The notes beneath the pieces are model-generated. The model ran no database searches, had not been told where the DNA came from, and worked only from the letters and a program-made list of their open reading frames with translations. 64,000 bases of DNA from Adineta vaga (Eukaryota; Animalia; Rotifera). A program made the position numbers and the translations under genes. Numbering within the stretch: position 1 is the first letter of the stretch; each line of letters starts with the position of its first letter. Where the stretch lies: positions 13,330,001 to 13,394,000 of the forward strand of contig CP075494.1 in the NCBI GenBank assembly GCA_021613535.1, written 5' to 3'. Positions 24,900 through 37,184 of this stretch are shown here, piece by piece.

Positions 24900-27800
24900 A
24901 TGGCATACAGTCGTATCATTGACAAAACGTTTTTAGATGTTCATAACGTTACTTGCAGTTTATCCGATGAATATCAGAGTCTACCGATTCTTCAATTAGA
25001 AGATGCAGTACAACCGATAAAATCAATTATTCCTGGTATTTTCGATCATGTTTCTACAGCTAGACAGAAGTCTATTGGAGATTCAATTTTAACGTGGAAC
25101 GAATCGGCAGCTATACGTCTTTACACAATGCCATCAGCAATATCCACTCCTTTGAATAAAATACTTCAAAATGAAAATCGAAACGTTCGAAAGCCATGGT
25201 TGGCCTACTTAAAATTACTCATAAGTGCTTTCGAGAAATTACCATGGACTGAGTCTATTACTGCATGGCGTGGAGTTAATTGTGATTATACTTTGACATT
25301 CGTCGAAAATGATGTGCAGGTCTGGTGGGGTATAACTTCTTGTTCGAAGAACCCTAATCGCGTTGAAGCCTTTTTAGGCGACAAAGGTACTTTGTTTGTG
25401 ATTGAAAAATGCTGTGGAAAAGATATATCCGCTTATTCAGCAGTGAAGGATGAACAAGAAGTTATTCTCATGCCTGGAACTCGCGTGCGTTGGAAATATG
25501 ACACTCTACAAATCGCCGACCAACATTTCATTCTTCATTTGGAAGAAGTAAATCCTCAACGGTACGTTCATGAAATAGTTGCTAATTTCGCATACCAAAA
25601 AGCAGCATTAAAGTCGAAAATATCCGATCTTTCGAAGTTGCAAGTTTTTGATGATATCATGCAGTTCGTTCAGTAATATTTGTGTATAAAATAGGAAATC
25701 GATTATAGTGATAAATCTTGTACACAAGAGAGAGGAAGAAGTTTAGGATATGCTTAATCAATTTATATAAAAAATAAGCTAGAAAGCCGTTGATTTTTAA
25801 AAACTCCTGTATAATTTTATTACATTTTAGCAGTGTTCCGAAATCAGAATCAAGTGGTCTGTGTCTACAACTCAAACAAGAATATCTACAAAACAATCGT
25901 ATTGAACTTATTATGAATCCGTCCAGATCTTTTTCAATCGGAGACACATATATCAACTTGACTATCGTGGAAATAAAAGAGCAACAGGAAAAAGAAAAGA
26001 AACTCTTGGATACGAAAGATAATGGTGAAATAATTAACATTTTTGAAGAAATCTATAGTATGAAGAATACGATTGAAGTCAAAGACGTTTTTGCACGATG
26101 TACAGAAGATACGAAAAGAATACTTGTGCTTGGACCTGCTGGAATAGGAAAAACTACATTTTGTCGATATGTTGCTCACCAATGGGCAACTGGTAAACTT
26201 TGGCAACAGTATCAGTTACTTGTTTTTATTCGATTACGTTCCTTAACATCAAATCGTTATCCTTCGAATCGCAGCTACTTGCCAATCGATCTTGTTGAAA
26301 GAGAGTACTTTCCATGTGATCCATTATCAGAAAAACTTCGTGACGAGTTTAAAGAATACTATGACAAAGAACAAGTGTTATGGATCTTAGATGGGTACGA
26401 TGAATTTGTGCAAAATATTCCTGAGCAACTGAAAGATGTATTTGATCATATATACACAAAACAACATCATATTTTGACATCTCGACCATTTTTAATCAAC
26501 CTAACATATAATACTCAACTCGAAATTGTCGGCTTCACAGATAATAATATCAAGGAATATATAAATAAATTTTTCAATCAAATCAACGATCAATTAGATA
26601 ATGCACAGTTGAAAGTCGAAAATTTGCAGAGATTTTTGCAACTAAATCCACGAATGTGGGGTATTTCACATATACCAGTAATTCTAGAACTAATGTGTAG
26701 TCTTTGGTGTGATACTGATTGGTCAGAAACTACAAGTTTGACAATGACAGTTGTGTATGATAAGATGACAGAATGGGTGTGTCGAAGATATTTAGAAAAG
26801 CTAAATAAATGCTCAAGTCAAATGACAAAAGAAGATGTTTATAATTTCTGTAATAAAGAATTAGCATTCCTCGAGAGTTTAGCTTTTTCAGGCATACAGA
26901 GTGGTGACATTGTCATTCGTCCAAAAGTACTACGAGCAGCGATAAAAGAGTCTGGTTACTCTTCACAAGATGGATTGTGTTCGTTAAATATCGGAATATT
27001 AAAATCTTTGGACTATAAAGCGATTGGAACTCGCATCGAAACAGACAAAACTCATTACTTCGTTCATCTCAGTTTTCAAGAACATTTTGCAGCACGATAC
27101 TTGTTGAGAGCTCTCTGTGGTACTGAATGCACTCAGAAAAAAGCGACAGATTTCATCAAAACCCACAAATACAATCAACGCTTTGAACTAGTGCTCAATT
27201 TCGCATGTGGCCTTGTTACTGATAGCAACAATGAACAATTGACAAAAATGTTTTGGGATACGTTACTAGGAAAGCCATTGGATCTTATCGGTTACAGACA
27301 TGCACAACTTCTTATCACATGCTTCGAAGAGGTTGAATGTGTTAGTAACTTTCCCTGGTATCGTGAATTGGTGAAGTTGATAATAAAATGGATCGATTAT
27401 TATATACGCAAAGAACATCATCATCCGGAACATCCTTTAGCACCTTTACTTAGAAGAAGTCCGTCATTAGTAAATCAATCCGACTTGCTCGATGCATTCA
27501 CGAAACTGATTAAATCCTCAGATCCAATGATAAAGGAAAGGACATCTCGTTTATTATCTGATTTACCAATTACATATCCATCATTTGACTTGATTAACGC
27601 ACAACTAGAAGCTTTGAAAAACAGCAATGAGAACGTCAAGAAGGGTGCATGTGGATTTTTCGAAAATATCCACGGAAAATTCGTAACTAAAGATTTAATT
27701 GACATTCTCATGTTTGTGTTCACCGATGCGAACTCTCATTTTACTGTGAAACACTGTGCATTTCTAGCTCTTCTCAAAATAAGTGAGAAAGTGAGTATTG

Positions 27801-30694
27801 ATATGATGATTAATACATTGATGGTCTATATGGGAAGTATTGACAATGCGGTCAGTCACGATGCATACAAGCTTTTTGGAATATTGATTCGGAACACGGC
27901 TATCGATGAAGTGGTTCGTAAGCTACTTAATCTACTTAATGATGTAGATCTTGATAGAAAACGCGGAGCCAGTAAAGCACTTAGTCAGATGGATATTCTA
28001 ACTGTTTCCAATGAACTTCTACATGCAGTTCTATCTATCATGGACCATAAAGATGATTTGATAAGAACTAACGCATTTCAAGCTCTCGAAAAGCTAGCTA
28101 AAAATGTGTCAGACGCCCAAGTAGTTAACAAACTTCTTCATGCACTTGATGATCCAGTCGACGAGATTCGACGTATCGTGTGTTCCACTCTCAGTGCTAT
28201 GGGACAAACAACAGCAAGCGAAAAGATAATATCTCGGCTTGCGATTGCTGTTAAAGACACAAATATTTTTGTAAAAAGTGCTGCTTGTCGAGCTCTCGGC
28301 GAAATTGGTCAGAAAGTGGCAACTCGCGATGTGGTCAATAACTTAACAACTGCACTTGACGATAAGAATGATATAGTCATCTGTAGTGCCTGCCAAAGTA
28401 TAGGGAAATTGGGAGAGAGAGCAGCGACGGATGAAGTAATTAGTAAGCTGGCCAACATACTTAGAAATGGTACAACTTTTGTGAAGTATAGTGCATGCGA
28501 GACGGTGTCTAAAATGGGACACAAATCAAGGACTGATGAAATAATCAATGAACTTGTCAATGTGCTTGGAGACGAGGATTCTACTGTTCGAGCAAGTGCA
28601 TACAGGACTCTTGCGCAAATATGCGGGGAAACTGTGAACAGTATCGTGATTTATGCAGTAATGCGAGGACTTGCAAGTTCAGATGATTTTATTTGTGAAA
28701 AAGCCTGTGCAGGCCTTCAAGAGATTAGCACAAAAATGCCAAACAACGAACTTTTTCAAGTACTAAGTGTACCAATGCAGCATAAAAACAGCAATATAAG
28801 ACAAATCGCATGCGACACTCTGCTAAAAGCATCAAAATCACGACCAACAAACGAAACCATCGATATTTTGAATCGATTCTTAGAAGCCCCCTATGCTGAT
28901 GTTAGAATCAGGGTATCTCTTATTCTTATAGATATAGACAAACACTCAATAACTCCTGTAGTAATCAGTGGACTGATCGAAGCACTTAAAGATCCATCGG
29001 AAACCGTTAGACAGAATGGAATTAAAGCTCTCATGTCTATAGATCAACAGTTCATAACCGCTGAAATAGTTACTGCATTCGTTCATGCGCTCAATGATAC
29101 ATCGTCAGACGTCAGATGGCAAGCGATTGGTGCTCTGAAATCCAAAGATAAACAGTTGATAACCGCTAAAATAGTTGCTGTATTCTTTGCTACGCTCAAT
29201 GATCCATCGTCAGACGTCAGATTTGAATCAATTAGAGCTCTTAGATTCATAGGTCAACAGTTTATGACAGTTGACATGATTGCTGCATTCGTTGCTGCGC
29301 TCATTGATCCATCGTCAGACGTCAGATCGCAAGCGATTGGTGCTCTTAGATCCATAGATCAACAGTTGATAACCGCTGAAATATTCGCTGTATTCGGTGA
29401 TGCACTCAATGATCCATCGTCAAACGTTAGATGTGAATCAATTAGAGCTCTTAGATTCATAGGTCAAAAGTTTATAACAGCTGACATCGTTGCTGCATTC
29501 GTTGCTGTACTCAATGATTCATCGTCAGACGTCAGATTGCAAGCGATTGGAGCTCTTAGATCCATAGATCAACAGTTTATAAAAGCGGAAATAGTTACTA
29601 CATTCGTTGATGCGCTCAATGATCCATCGTCAAACGTCAGATGGCAAGCAATTAAAGCTCTTAGGTCCATAGATCAACAGTTTATAACAGCTGACATCGT
29701 TGCTGCATTCGTTGCTGGGCTCAGTGATCCATCGTCAACCGTCAGATGTGAAGCAATTGAAGCTCTTCGATCCATAGATGAACAGTTCATAACAGCTGAC
29801 ATCGTTGCTGCATTCGTTGCTGGGCTCAGTGATCCATCATCAGACGTCAGACAAGAAGCAATTAAAGCTCTGAGATCCATAGACAAAGACCGGATAACCA
29901 CTGAAGTATTCAAAAAAGCGCTTTGTACACAAGAAGATACAGAGGAGCGTATTGAGTGGAGTGTGCGTTATGTTGTCAATCGCAAAACGGACCGAACAGC
30001 AATGACTGAAATTATCGATTTACTGAATAATGCATTAAAAAGCTCAAATGGTCATATCAGGTTGAATGCATGTCGAGTATTAAAAGAAGCTAATATTGAG
30101 GCGGCAACGACTGCAGTAATTGTTACACTCGTCATGTTACTGAAAGATCCTATTAGGGATATAAAATTGAATGTCTGCAAAATTCTGAGTCGTATGAATG
30201 CGGTTCCTTCAATTAATGAAGTTCTTGATACGTTGTTAGATGTGTACTGTGATGACCCTGATGTTGAATTTACGGTGTCTGAAACAATCAGTACTCTCCA
30301 AGCTTCTCTAACAGATTTATCAAACCTAAAGTCTCATACGGTTAGCAAATTGCCGGTATGCATAGAGAAACTTGAATGGGAAGCTTTAAGGAAATGGCCT
30401 CCAGAACAATTGATAGAGACGTTTTTTAATACAGAAATGGAGTTTTGGCTTCCCATCATTGAAAGGATTTTCATTATTCACCAATATGGCGTTTCTATTG
30501 ACGAAAGTAACATTACAGTATATGGTCGAGGAGAACCTATCAAAATGTCTTTTAAAAATGTACGACTTTGTCATAGAATGATGGACTATTTTACTCGAGA
30601 AATCGATGATGAATCCCTCAACAGCACAAATATGAAACAAAATCACCAAACAGATGTCGTAACACCTCACGACCGCTTACTCGCTGCTTCCTGA
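24900..30694 (+). CDS. NLR-like protein: mono-ADP-ribosyltransferase (ARTC/R-S-E type) + NACHT NTPase + HEAT repeats, about 1840 aa, 2 coding exons
   Basis: Exon 1 has AAIRLYT, AWRG, ITSCS and DEQEVIL. Intron 25562-25830 (CG|gtacgt...ttttag|C) joins the exons in frame. Exon 2 has Walker A GPAGIGKTT, Walker B VLWILDGYDE, ILTSRP, IPVILE and WHD motif YFVHLSFQEHFAA, followed by HEAT repeats. Confidence 0.9.
28991..29900 (+). repeat. 105-nt (35-aa) near-identical tandem HEAT repeat array, 8 full units plus a partial ninth
   Basis: Unit starts (gat[c/a/t]catc) at 28991, 29096, 29201, 29306, 29411, 29516, 29621, 29726 and 29831. Consensus DPSSDVRx[Q/E][A/S]IxALRSIDQQFITAxIVAAFVxALN. Confidence 0.95.
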
Positions 30695-31225
30695 GCTGAT
30701 TAGGAAAAGAAGATACTCATTATACGTTTTTATTTAACCATTAAGGTAGTTCAAAAGATCGTTCAATTATTTTGTCCGACGAATAAGCAGAAAATATAAA
30801 TCTCGCTTGACTATAAGCTAATTTGATAATTTTTTTTGTAATTTATTCTTAAGTGTTATATCTATTCAATAAAGATAAACAATACTTTTAATCAGTCTTT
30901 TATATTTTCATCGACAAATACATACTAGTAACGCTCATCCTCTGGATTCGCCGACCCTTTTCTGAAAGAATGATGATAGTGCTCGGCAACACCCGCAAGC
31001 TGGACCTGGACTTGATCGGATCCCGGTCCAAGCAAAATTTATACATAAAACCTTTTTAACAGTGTTTTTCATCTTTTCACCATTTCAAAGTATTATTAAA
31101 TCATTTCTTGAAAGAGAAGAGCAAAAACAAGTGCTGTTTGTAAATATTCATGGATCAGATCCCTTGATACTTCTCAAAAAAAGCATTACCCATATTTATT
31201 TTCTTTTTTATAAGGCTATTAAACA

Positions 31226-31615
31226 AACGTCTAATCGCTCGTCGGCCTTCCTCCGGTCGGCCACTCGCGACTGGTCGCTAACGCGCATGCTCTTTTTTCC
31301 TATTTTCCTTTCAATCATATGAGTGTAATGGAAGAGATTTGCTTATCATAGTAGCTCAATTCATAACCGAAAACTTAGAAAATTTGCATGATCGAGTCGT
31401 TTCCAGTGTAGGTTTCATTCTCTTTTTCATTGCCAAGGAACAGAACGTTGTCGGATTCGTTCTCGTAGATCATCAAGTAAGTGACTTCGGAGAAACATCC
31501 AAAGCACGTGAAAGTGATTCAAATCCATATTCTGAAGTATCACTCTCTAAATCAACGGCTAGTCGTTCGTCGACCTCCCTCCGGTCGGCCACTTACGACA
31601 CGACTAGCCGTTAAC
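31226..31615. mobile_element. Two copies of a ~60-bp GC-rich palindromic element (putative non-autonomous TE terminus, Helentron/MITE-like)
   Basis: 31226-31290 and 31554-31612 share ctartcgytcgtcgrcct.cctccggtcggccact. The second copy has a perfect 13-bp inverted repeat (aacggctagtcgt / acgactagccgtt) enclosing an inner hairpin. Confidence 0.5.
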
Positions 31616-31653
31616 ATGAACTCCTTCATTGTTTCGTCTACTTTTGATTCATA

Positions 31654-32145
31654 CGTGTAGTTAATGTCGTTTCAGCAGCGGGATTCTTTGCTTTTCCAAA
31701 TACATCAGCTTACTCAGCATCGAAATATGCCATGAAATCTTTCTCTGATTGTCTTCGTCGTGAAATGTCTTCATGGAATTTACGTGTTAGTACAATTGAA
31801 CCAGATGCTTTGAAAACACCAACGATGGAAAACTATGAATAAAGATGGAGAAATGTTTGGAATACACTTTCAATTGATGTTCAACAACGTTGGGGAATTG
31901 ATTATTCAAATGGAAATATTACAAACGTAATCAACAGTCCATTTATGATCAATGCAGATAGTCCACAAACAGTTGTTCGATCAATTAAACATGCTATAAT
32001 GAGTGCGAGACCTTGTACTCACTATCAACCAGGTTGGCAAGGAAAACTAATCTTTTTCGGTTTATATTTATTACCAACTTGGATTATTGATAAAATAATA
32101 GAAAATGTTTGGAATTTTATTCCAAATGGTATACGAGATCAATAG
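31654..32145 (+). pseudogene. 5'-truncated SDR (retinol/17-beta-HSD/BDH-like) pseudogene
   Basis: RVVNVVSAAG...AYSASKYAMKSFSDCLRREM...STIEP is recognisable. In-frame TAA at 31840-31842. No Rossmann N-terminus upstream. Confidence 0.85.
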
Positions 32146-32679
32146 TCAGATTAAAGATAAATGATAAGGAGAGAAATACAATTAATTTTTTATATGAACC
32201 GATTGACAATTGAATATATGTCAATGAAGTAAATTTGCTTAATAAGAAAATATAATAAGTACGATCTTGACCATGAAAAATCAGGTTTTCTCTATTATAA
32301 TATTATCATTATTGGATAAAGCTGATAAAAAGTATACAATAGAATAGGATGCTTTAATTCATTGATTGTGTTTTTCTTTTGATGAAATATGAGAAAGTTT
32401 AGTAGCAGTTATTAGTGAAAATTTCAGTTTCTGTAATGTTAATATATCACACACATATGAAAGAAAAAATGTAAAGCATCATGCATATGTGGAGAAGGAA
32501 GATTAACGAACAATATTGATGACAAGAATTGAAAAAAGTCTATAGAAAAGAAAAACGTAGCTGTTTTTACATATGTGAATAAGAAAATAAGAGAAAAATG
32601 ATTAAGAAATCTTTACAAGCAACATTCAATAGTTTATGTCAATGTTTTTAAAACATCACTACTGAAGATCAGGTGATTG

Positions 32680-33501
32680 TTAATTTGGATTTGATGGTGG
32701 TTCATTTGATGCACTGGATAGGTTTAATATATTAGAATGAATATCCATATTCTAAAAGAAAAGGAAGGACTTCTAAATTGTTCTTTTAACATTTCATTGT
32801 AAATTTTTACTGTTGTTTGTGATTGTGGAATATTTACACATGCAGATAAATGTGTGCGAGAATCACCTTGATATTCCAATTGTTTATGAGAATTCGATGA
32901 CATTGGTGTACATATTTGAGAAGTTATTGACTAAATAAAAAGAAAAAACTTCAAACTGTTCTTGATAAGGAAAAAAAGTATACCTGAACTATTTGATCGA
33001 TTAATTTATTTAATCTTTCATCGAATTCTTTTTCTTTTATCCATCTAAAAGAGTAAAATTTGAATGATTTTTTTCAAAAAAAACAATATCTTACTGGAAA
33101 TCGTCATTAACATATTGGTTTAAATCAGATATCAATTGTTCATCTATATGAATAACTTTACTCTAAAATTGGAAAAAAACCTTAATATTCTATTTATCAA
33201 AAGGAATTATTTACTTCGATAATACAATGAATTTCATTTTTGTTCTTTTTAATATTCATTCGAAGATAGACGTCATTATATGTATAATCAAGTCCAAGAC
33301 AATTACGATTAGCAGTACGTGCTAATTCAATAAGATTATCGTCACTCTTAAAAAGATAAAATACATTGAAAGAGAACAAGCTGTAAGTTTTTTTCTTACT
33401 GGATCAGAATTTAAAAAGAAACTATTTTTCCGAAGAAAACCATGGATACGTTTGAAAATAAATTGAAACTTCTGTTTTGTATTATCTTTTGTCGGCGCCA
33501 T
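32680..33501 (-). CDS. Small multi-exon protein, possibly with an FP (PI31/FBXO7 N-terminal) domain; 3' end ambiguous
   Basis: Spliced read MAPTKDNTKQKFQFIFKRIHGFLRKNSF...CLGLDYTYNDVYLRMNI...LISDLNQYVNDDFQ...LNKLIDQIVQ. It stops at 32884 in one frame. Another frame continues to a last exon ending at 32680. Confidence 0.5.
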
Positions 33502-34708
33502 TTTCTTTGAAATCTAGGAATGAAAACAAATTTCAATAAATCAGTAGAACGACATGAATAGTAAGATTCGCCGAAGAAAGAAAGATATATTCATTATCTT
33601 CTAGCCATTTCTTTATTCTATAGCGTCATTTCTGTTCTATTTAAGCACGTATATAGATAGATTCTGTGGTGATTCATTCGTTTATTTAAACTAAAAATTA
33701 AATTTATTTGTTTTTCTATTCCTGTCCATTTTTTATCTTCAGATTTCGTTTTGTTTCTCTTCGAATTATTCGAATATACGATAGCTTTATGAGATGTACT
33801 ATACATAAAATGACTTCAGTCAGTTCCTTTATAATAGATAAGTTTATTAATAAGAATATGTTACAAATAAAAATGTTTCTGTAAATAAGCTTCGATTTTG
33901 TAAAGTCGACAAACAATTTAAGTTCAATATAGAAACTAAATCAATTCTAATTCTGTTGTTATTTATTTAATCATGAAACAAGTTAGTGATATAGTTATTG
34001 CACAAAAGAATTCATAAAAATATTTATATATGTAAATATTCGTTAGATATATTAAACATTTAACATATAAAATGTCAAAGTTCTCTTCTAGTCACTTATT
34101 GCAGTCATGATATGAAAGGACTTAATCAGCCAGAGATGTCGATCTCACAGAGAAGCAGCAGATATTCAACCAATAAGGACATCTCTGCAAGTTCAAAGAG
34201 AAGAAAAATTGAATTTTATTTGCTAAACTAGAAATTATTTATCCAATAATAAATTTATTCATATATACGCAAGTGTTTAAAAACAAACTTGCATCATTCT
34301 CTTATCTTAGGATCTTCTCTTTTATCATTCAGAGAATATATGCAAATCAGAGCATTAGACTTGAATCTTTGACAACTAGAACCGATAGATATAATAATTG
34401 CCCTCATATATATATATATATATATATACATCAATCTTCTACGAGATGGTGAAAAAACATCGGAAAGTCGAATGATCAAACAAGAGATTGCAAAATTAAA
34501 ATAAAATGTACTCGTTAGATCTTTCTTTTCCAAATTATGATGAGAAACATTACGAGAATCCTATCAAACTCAATTCTATCTTCACTGTATCATTCGAACC
34601 ACAGTTATATGGTTTTCACAAACATAAACAACAAGACGACCAAAAATTGTTAACACCGATAATCATTATCATATATTTATTTAAATAAAATTTCACCTTA
34701 TTGTTTTG

Positions 34709-36456
34709 TCATCCAAATATTGATGAATAATCTATTTCTGCACAAGGAAAATATTCTTGTAAAATATTCGACGGTTCTGATTTCCCACATAAATATAATT
34801 TATTAATTTTAGTACAATTATTTCGTGTAATATCTCTTGTGAAATTATGTGTTACTCGTTGTAAAGATTCATATTTGATATAAAGAGTAAAATTATTTAA
34901 TAAAGATGTATTAGAATCAAATAGAAATTGTTCAATATAATTATCGTGAACATTAATAATACTAAGTTGATAAAGAAAAGAATATATAATACGATTGTTT
35001 TTTGAACGATAAGATTGTTTACGAAGCTGCGGTTTATAATTAATCACAGATAATTTTTCCAAATATGGAAAAGATTTCTGAATTTCAAAGAAAAATTCAT
35101 GTTCAAAAGATTTTTCATCAACCAATGATATTACACGAACAGTTTTAAATAATCCACCTGGAAAGTTATTTGAAATATAACCGTAATATATCATTCTAGG
35201 TGGATATGAATAAACATGACATAAGCTTTCTTTTGCCTCTAGAAAATGATCAACATAAGAAATTATTTGATTATTTGGAAAATCAATAAATGTTCGTTGA
35301 ATATCTTCTGTTGATAATAAATTCATTTCATTATCAATAGAGACTAATGATCTAATATAAAATGAAAATACATTTAACAATGGCATCGAATAAATAATAT
35401 CTTTTTTTAAATCATTTCCATCAAGGAATTTTTTCAGATGCGATACTGGAACATACAAACCGAGTTGTTCTAAATTTGACATTCGATATAGAAGTGATAG
35501 AATTATTTCGTCATAACATAATGTTGCATGAAGAGATGAAAGCGAAAAGCACTTTAGATGTGGCAAATTATCCTAAAAAAACGAAATGTTTTCTAACAGA
35601 TAGCTTTTCTCATAACTGACTTGATTTTGTATGACGTTTGACCAACGCATGTGAACTAAATCAATATGAAGTGTGTGAAGTTGATTAAAACGACCATCGA
35701 GAAGAATAAGACAATCATCAAAACATTGTAATTTAATATCTAATTTCAGAAGAGTTGAAGAACGAAACGTAGACGGTAGATTCTCAATAGATAATAGAAA
35801 ACGTCCCGCATACGATGATTGATGTAATATTAAACAATTTAAACTGGTAAAAGTAACCAAGATATAATGAAATATATTCATAAACGTCAATAACATATCA
35901 TGGTAATCTTCACCATTGTCATTATCAAATGTAATTAATAGTTTTGTAATCTGATTTTCGAGAATGCCACATGAAAACTCTTCATCTAAACAAAAGATAT
36001 TCAATGATTCAACAATTTACATGAATCTTCTATTTGTTTGGAAAAACAATTCAACTGCAATATCTTACCAATAAAAAGAGATCGAATACAATCTTCATTA
36101 ATATTATAAATACTAAGACAATGTATATTTGGATAATGAGCAGCACGTAAAACATGTTTCATAGATGATGAATGAAGATCAAGTCGTTTGACTTTATCGC
36201 AAATTTTAGGTAAAATTTTTTGACAAATTCGATCAAGTATTGTATGACAAGAAAGCAAATCGATAAATTTATTTGGGAGCCATTTGATGAAACTCAAATG
36301 ATTTGTAAAAGTTGAATCATAAATAATTGTATTTAATCGCTGATTGACATTCTGTAAAGAATAAAGTACATCGAAAGTGCTTAATTTTTCAAAAATAATC
36401 ATAAGAATTTCATCTGGTAATTCATTTAAACCAATGTATGATTGTTTCATGCTCAT
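34709..36456 (-). CDS. F-box/LRR protein of a lineage-expanded family, 3 exons
   Basis: LNELPDEILMIIFEKL F-box, then family motifs CLILLDGRFNQLHTL, ISNNFPGGLF, SFEHEFF..I.KSFP and LQRVTHNFTR. Confidence 0.88.
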
Positions 36457-36654
36457 TTTTCTCCACTTATTTATTCTTTTCGATTTATCAAACTGAGAAT
36501 ATATATATATATATCTACATCTTTTTCATTTGACCGATATCGTCAACATGAACAATAATGCATTTTCTGCATATAATCGAAATTGATCATGACTAAATGG
36601 ATGGTTTAAAGAAAAAACTTTCAATAAATGCTTTATATGCATTACTGAATAATA

Positions 36655-36760
36655 CGGTTCAACTGCACCTTCATGACACTATTACATTCAATTAATATAT
36701 TGCACACACAATCAGAGTGAGGGTGAAGGGGAAGGGTGTCACTAAAGTGCAGCTGTACCT
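36655..36760. mobile_element. Short MITE with imperfect 24-bp terminal inverted repeats
   Basis: ggttcaactgcaccttcatgacac (36656-36679) versus the reverse complement of gtgtcactaaagtgcagctgtacc (36736-36759). TA lies at the left flank. Confidence 0.55.
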
Positions 36761-37184
36761 CAGACATGATGAATACGACAAGAATTAAAGAAAAAAAAAT
36801 AAAGTAATTCATTTATTTGCTTGTATCGGTACGTATGAAAGATGATGATCAAATCCAACTCATAACAATAGACGCGGCGCGAGTGGGATAAGAGAAAGAG
36901 TATCTGTAACAGTCAATGACCGTTATACTTCACCTGACTATGATCCCTTCACTGTGGGCTGCCCTTCTCTTCGTCCTCTCATGTGTAACCGCTTGACCTG
37001 TATCTGTAAAATGCGCGTGCAAGGAGAGAGACGATGCATTTTGTGTGATGATTTAACCAAATAAACACTGTGCCGAATGGTACAGAGAGGAATTCATTTT
37101 CGTTTGCCTTTACAGTATCTCTCCCGTATTTTCAAGCTCAATGGTAGATTTCTTCTATTTCAATAATATTTCTAATCAGTTTTC

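Noticed and set aside
28991-29900. Regular array as a CRISPR or non-coding satellite
   Set aside because: Units are contiguous, in frame (105 nt = 35 aa) and have no unique spacers; it is a coding HEAT array.
25657-30670. Antisense ORFs overlapping the NACHT gene
   Set aside because: Shadow frames of the long coding exon and its repeats.
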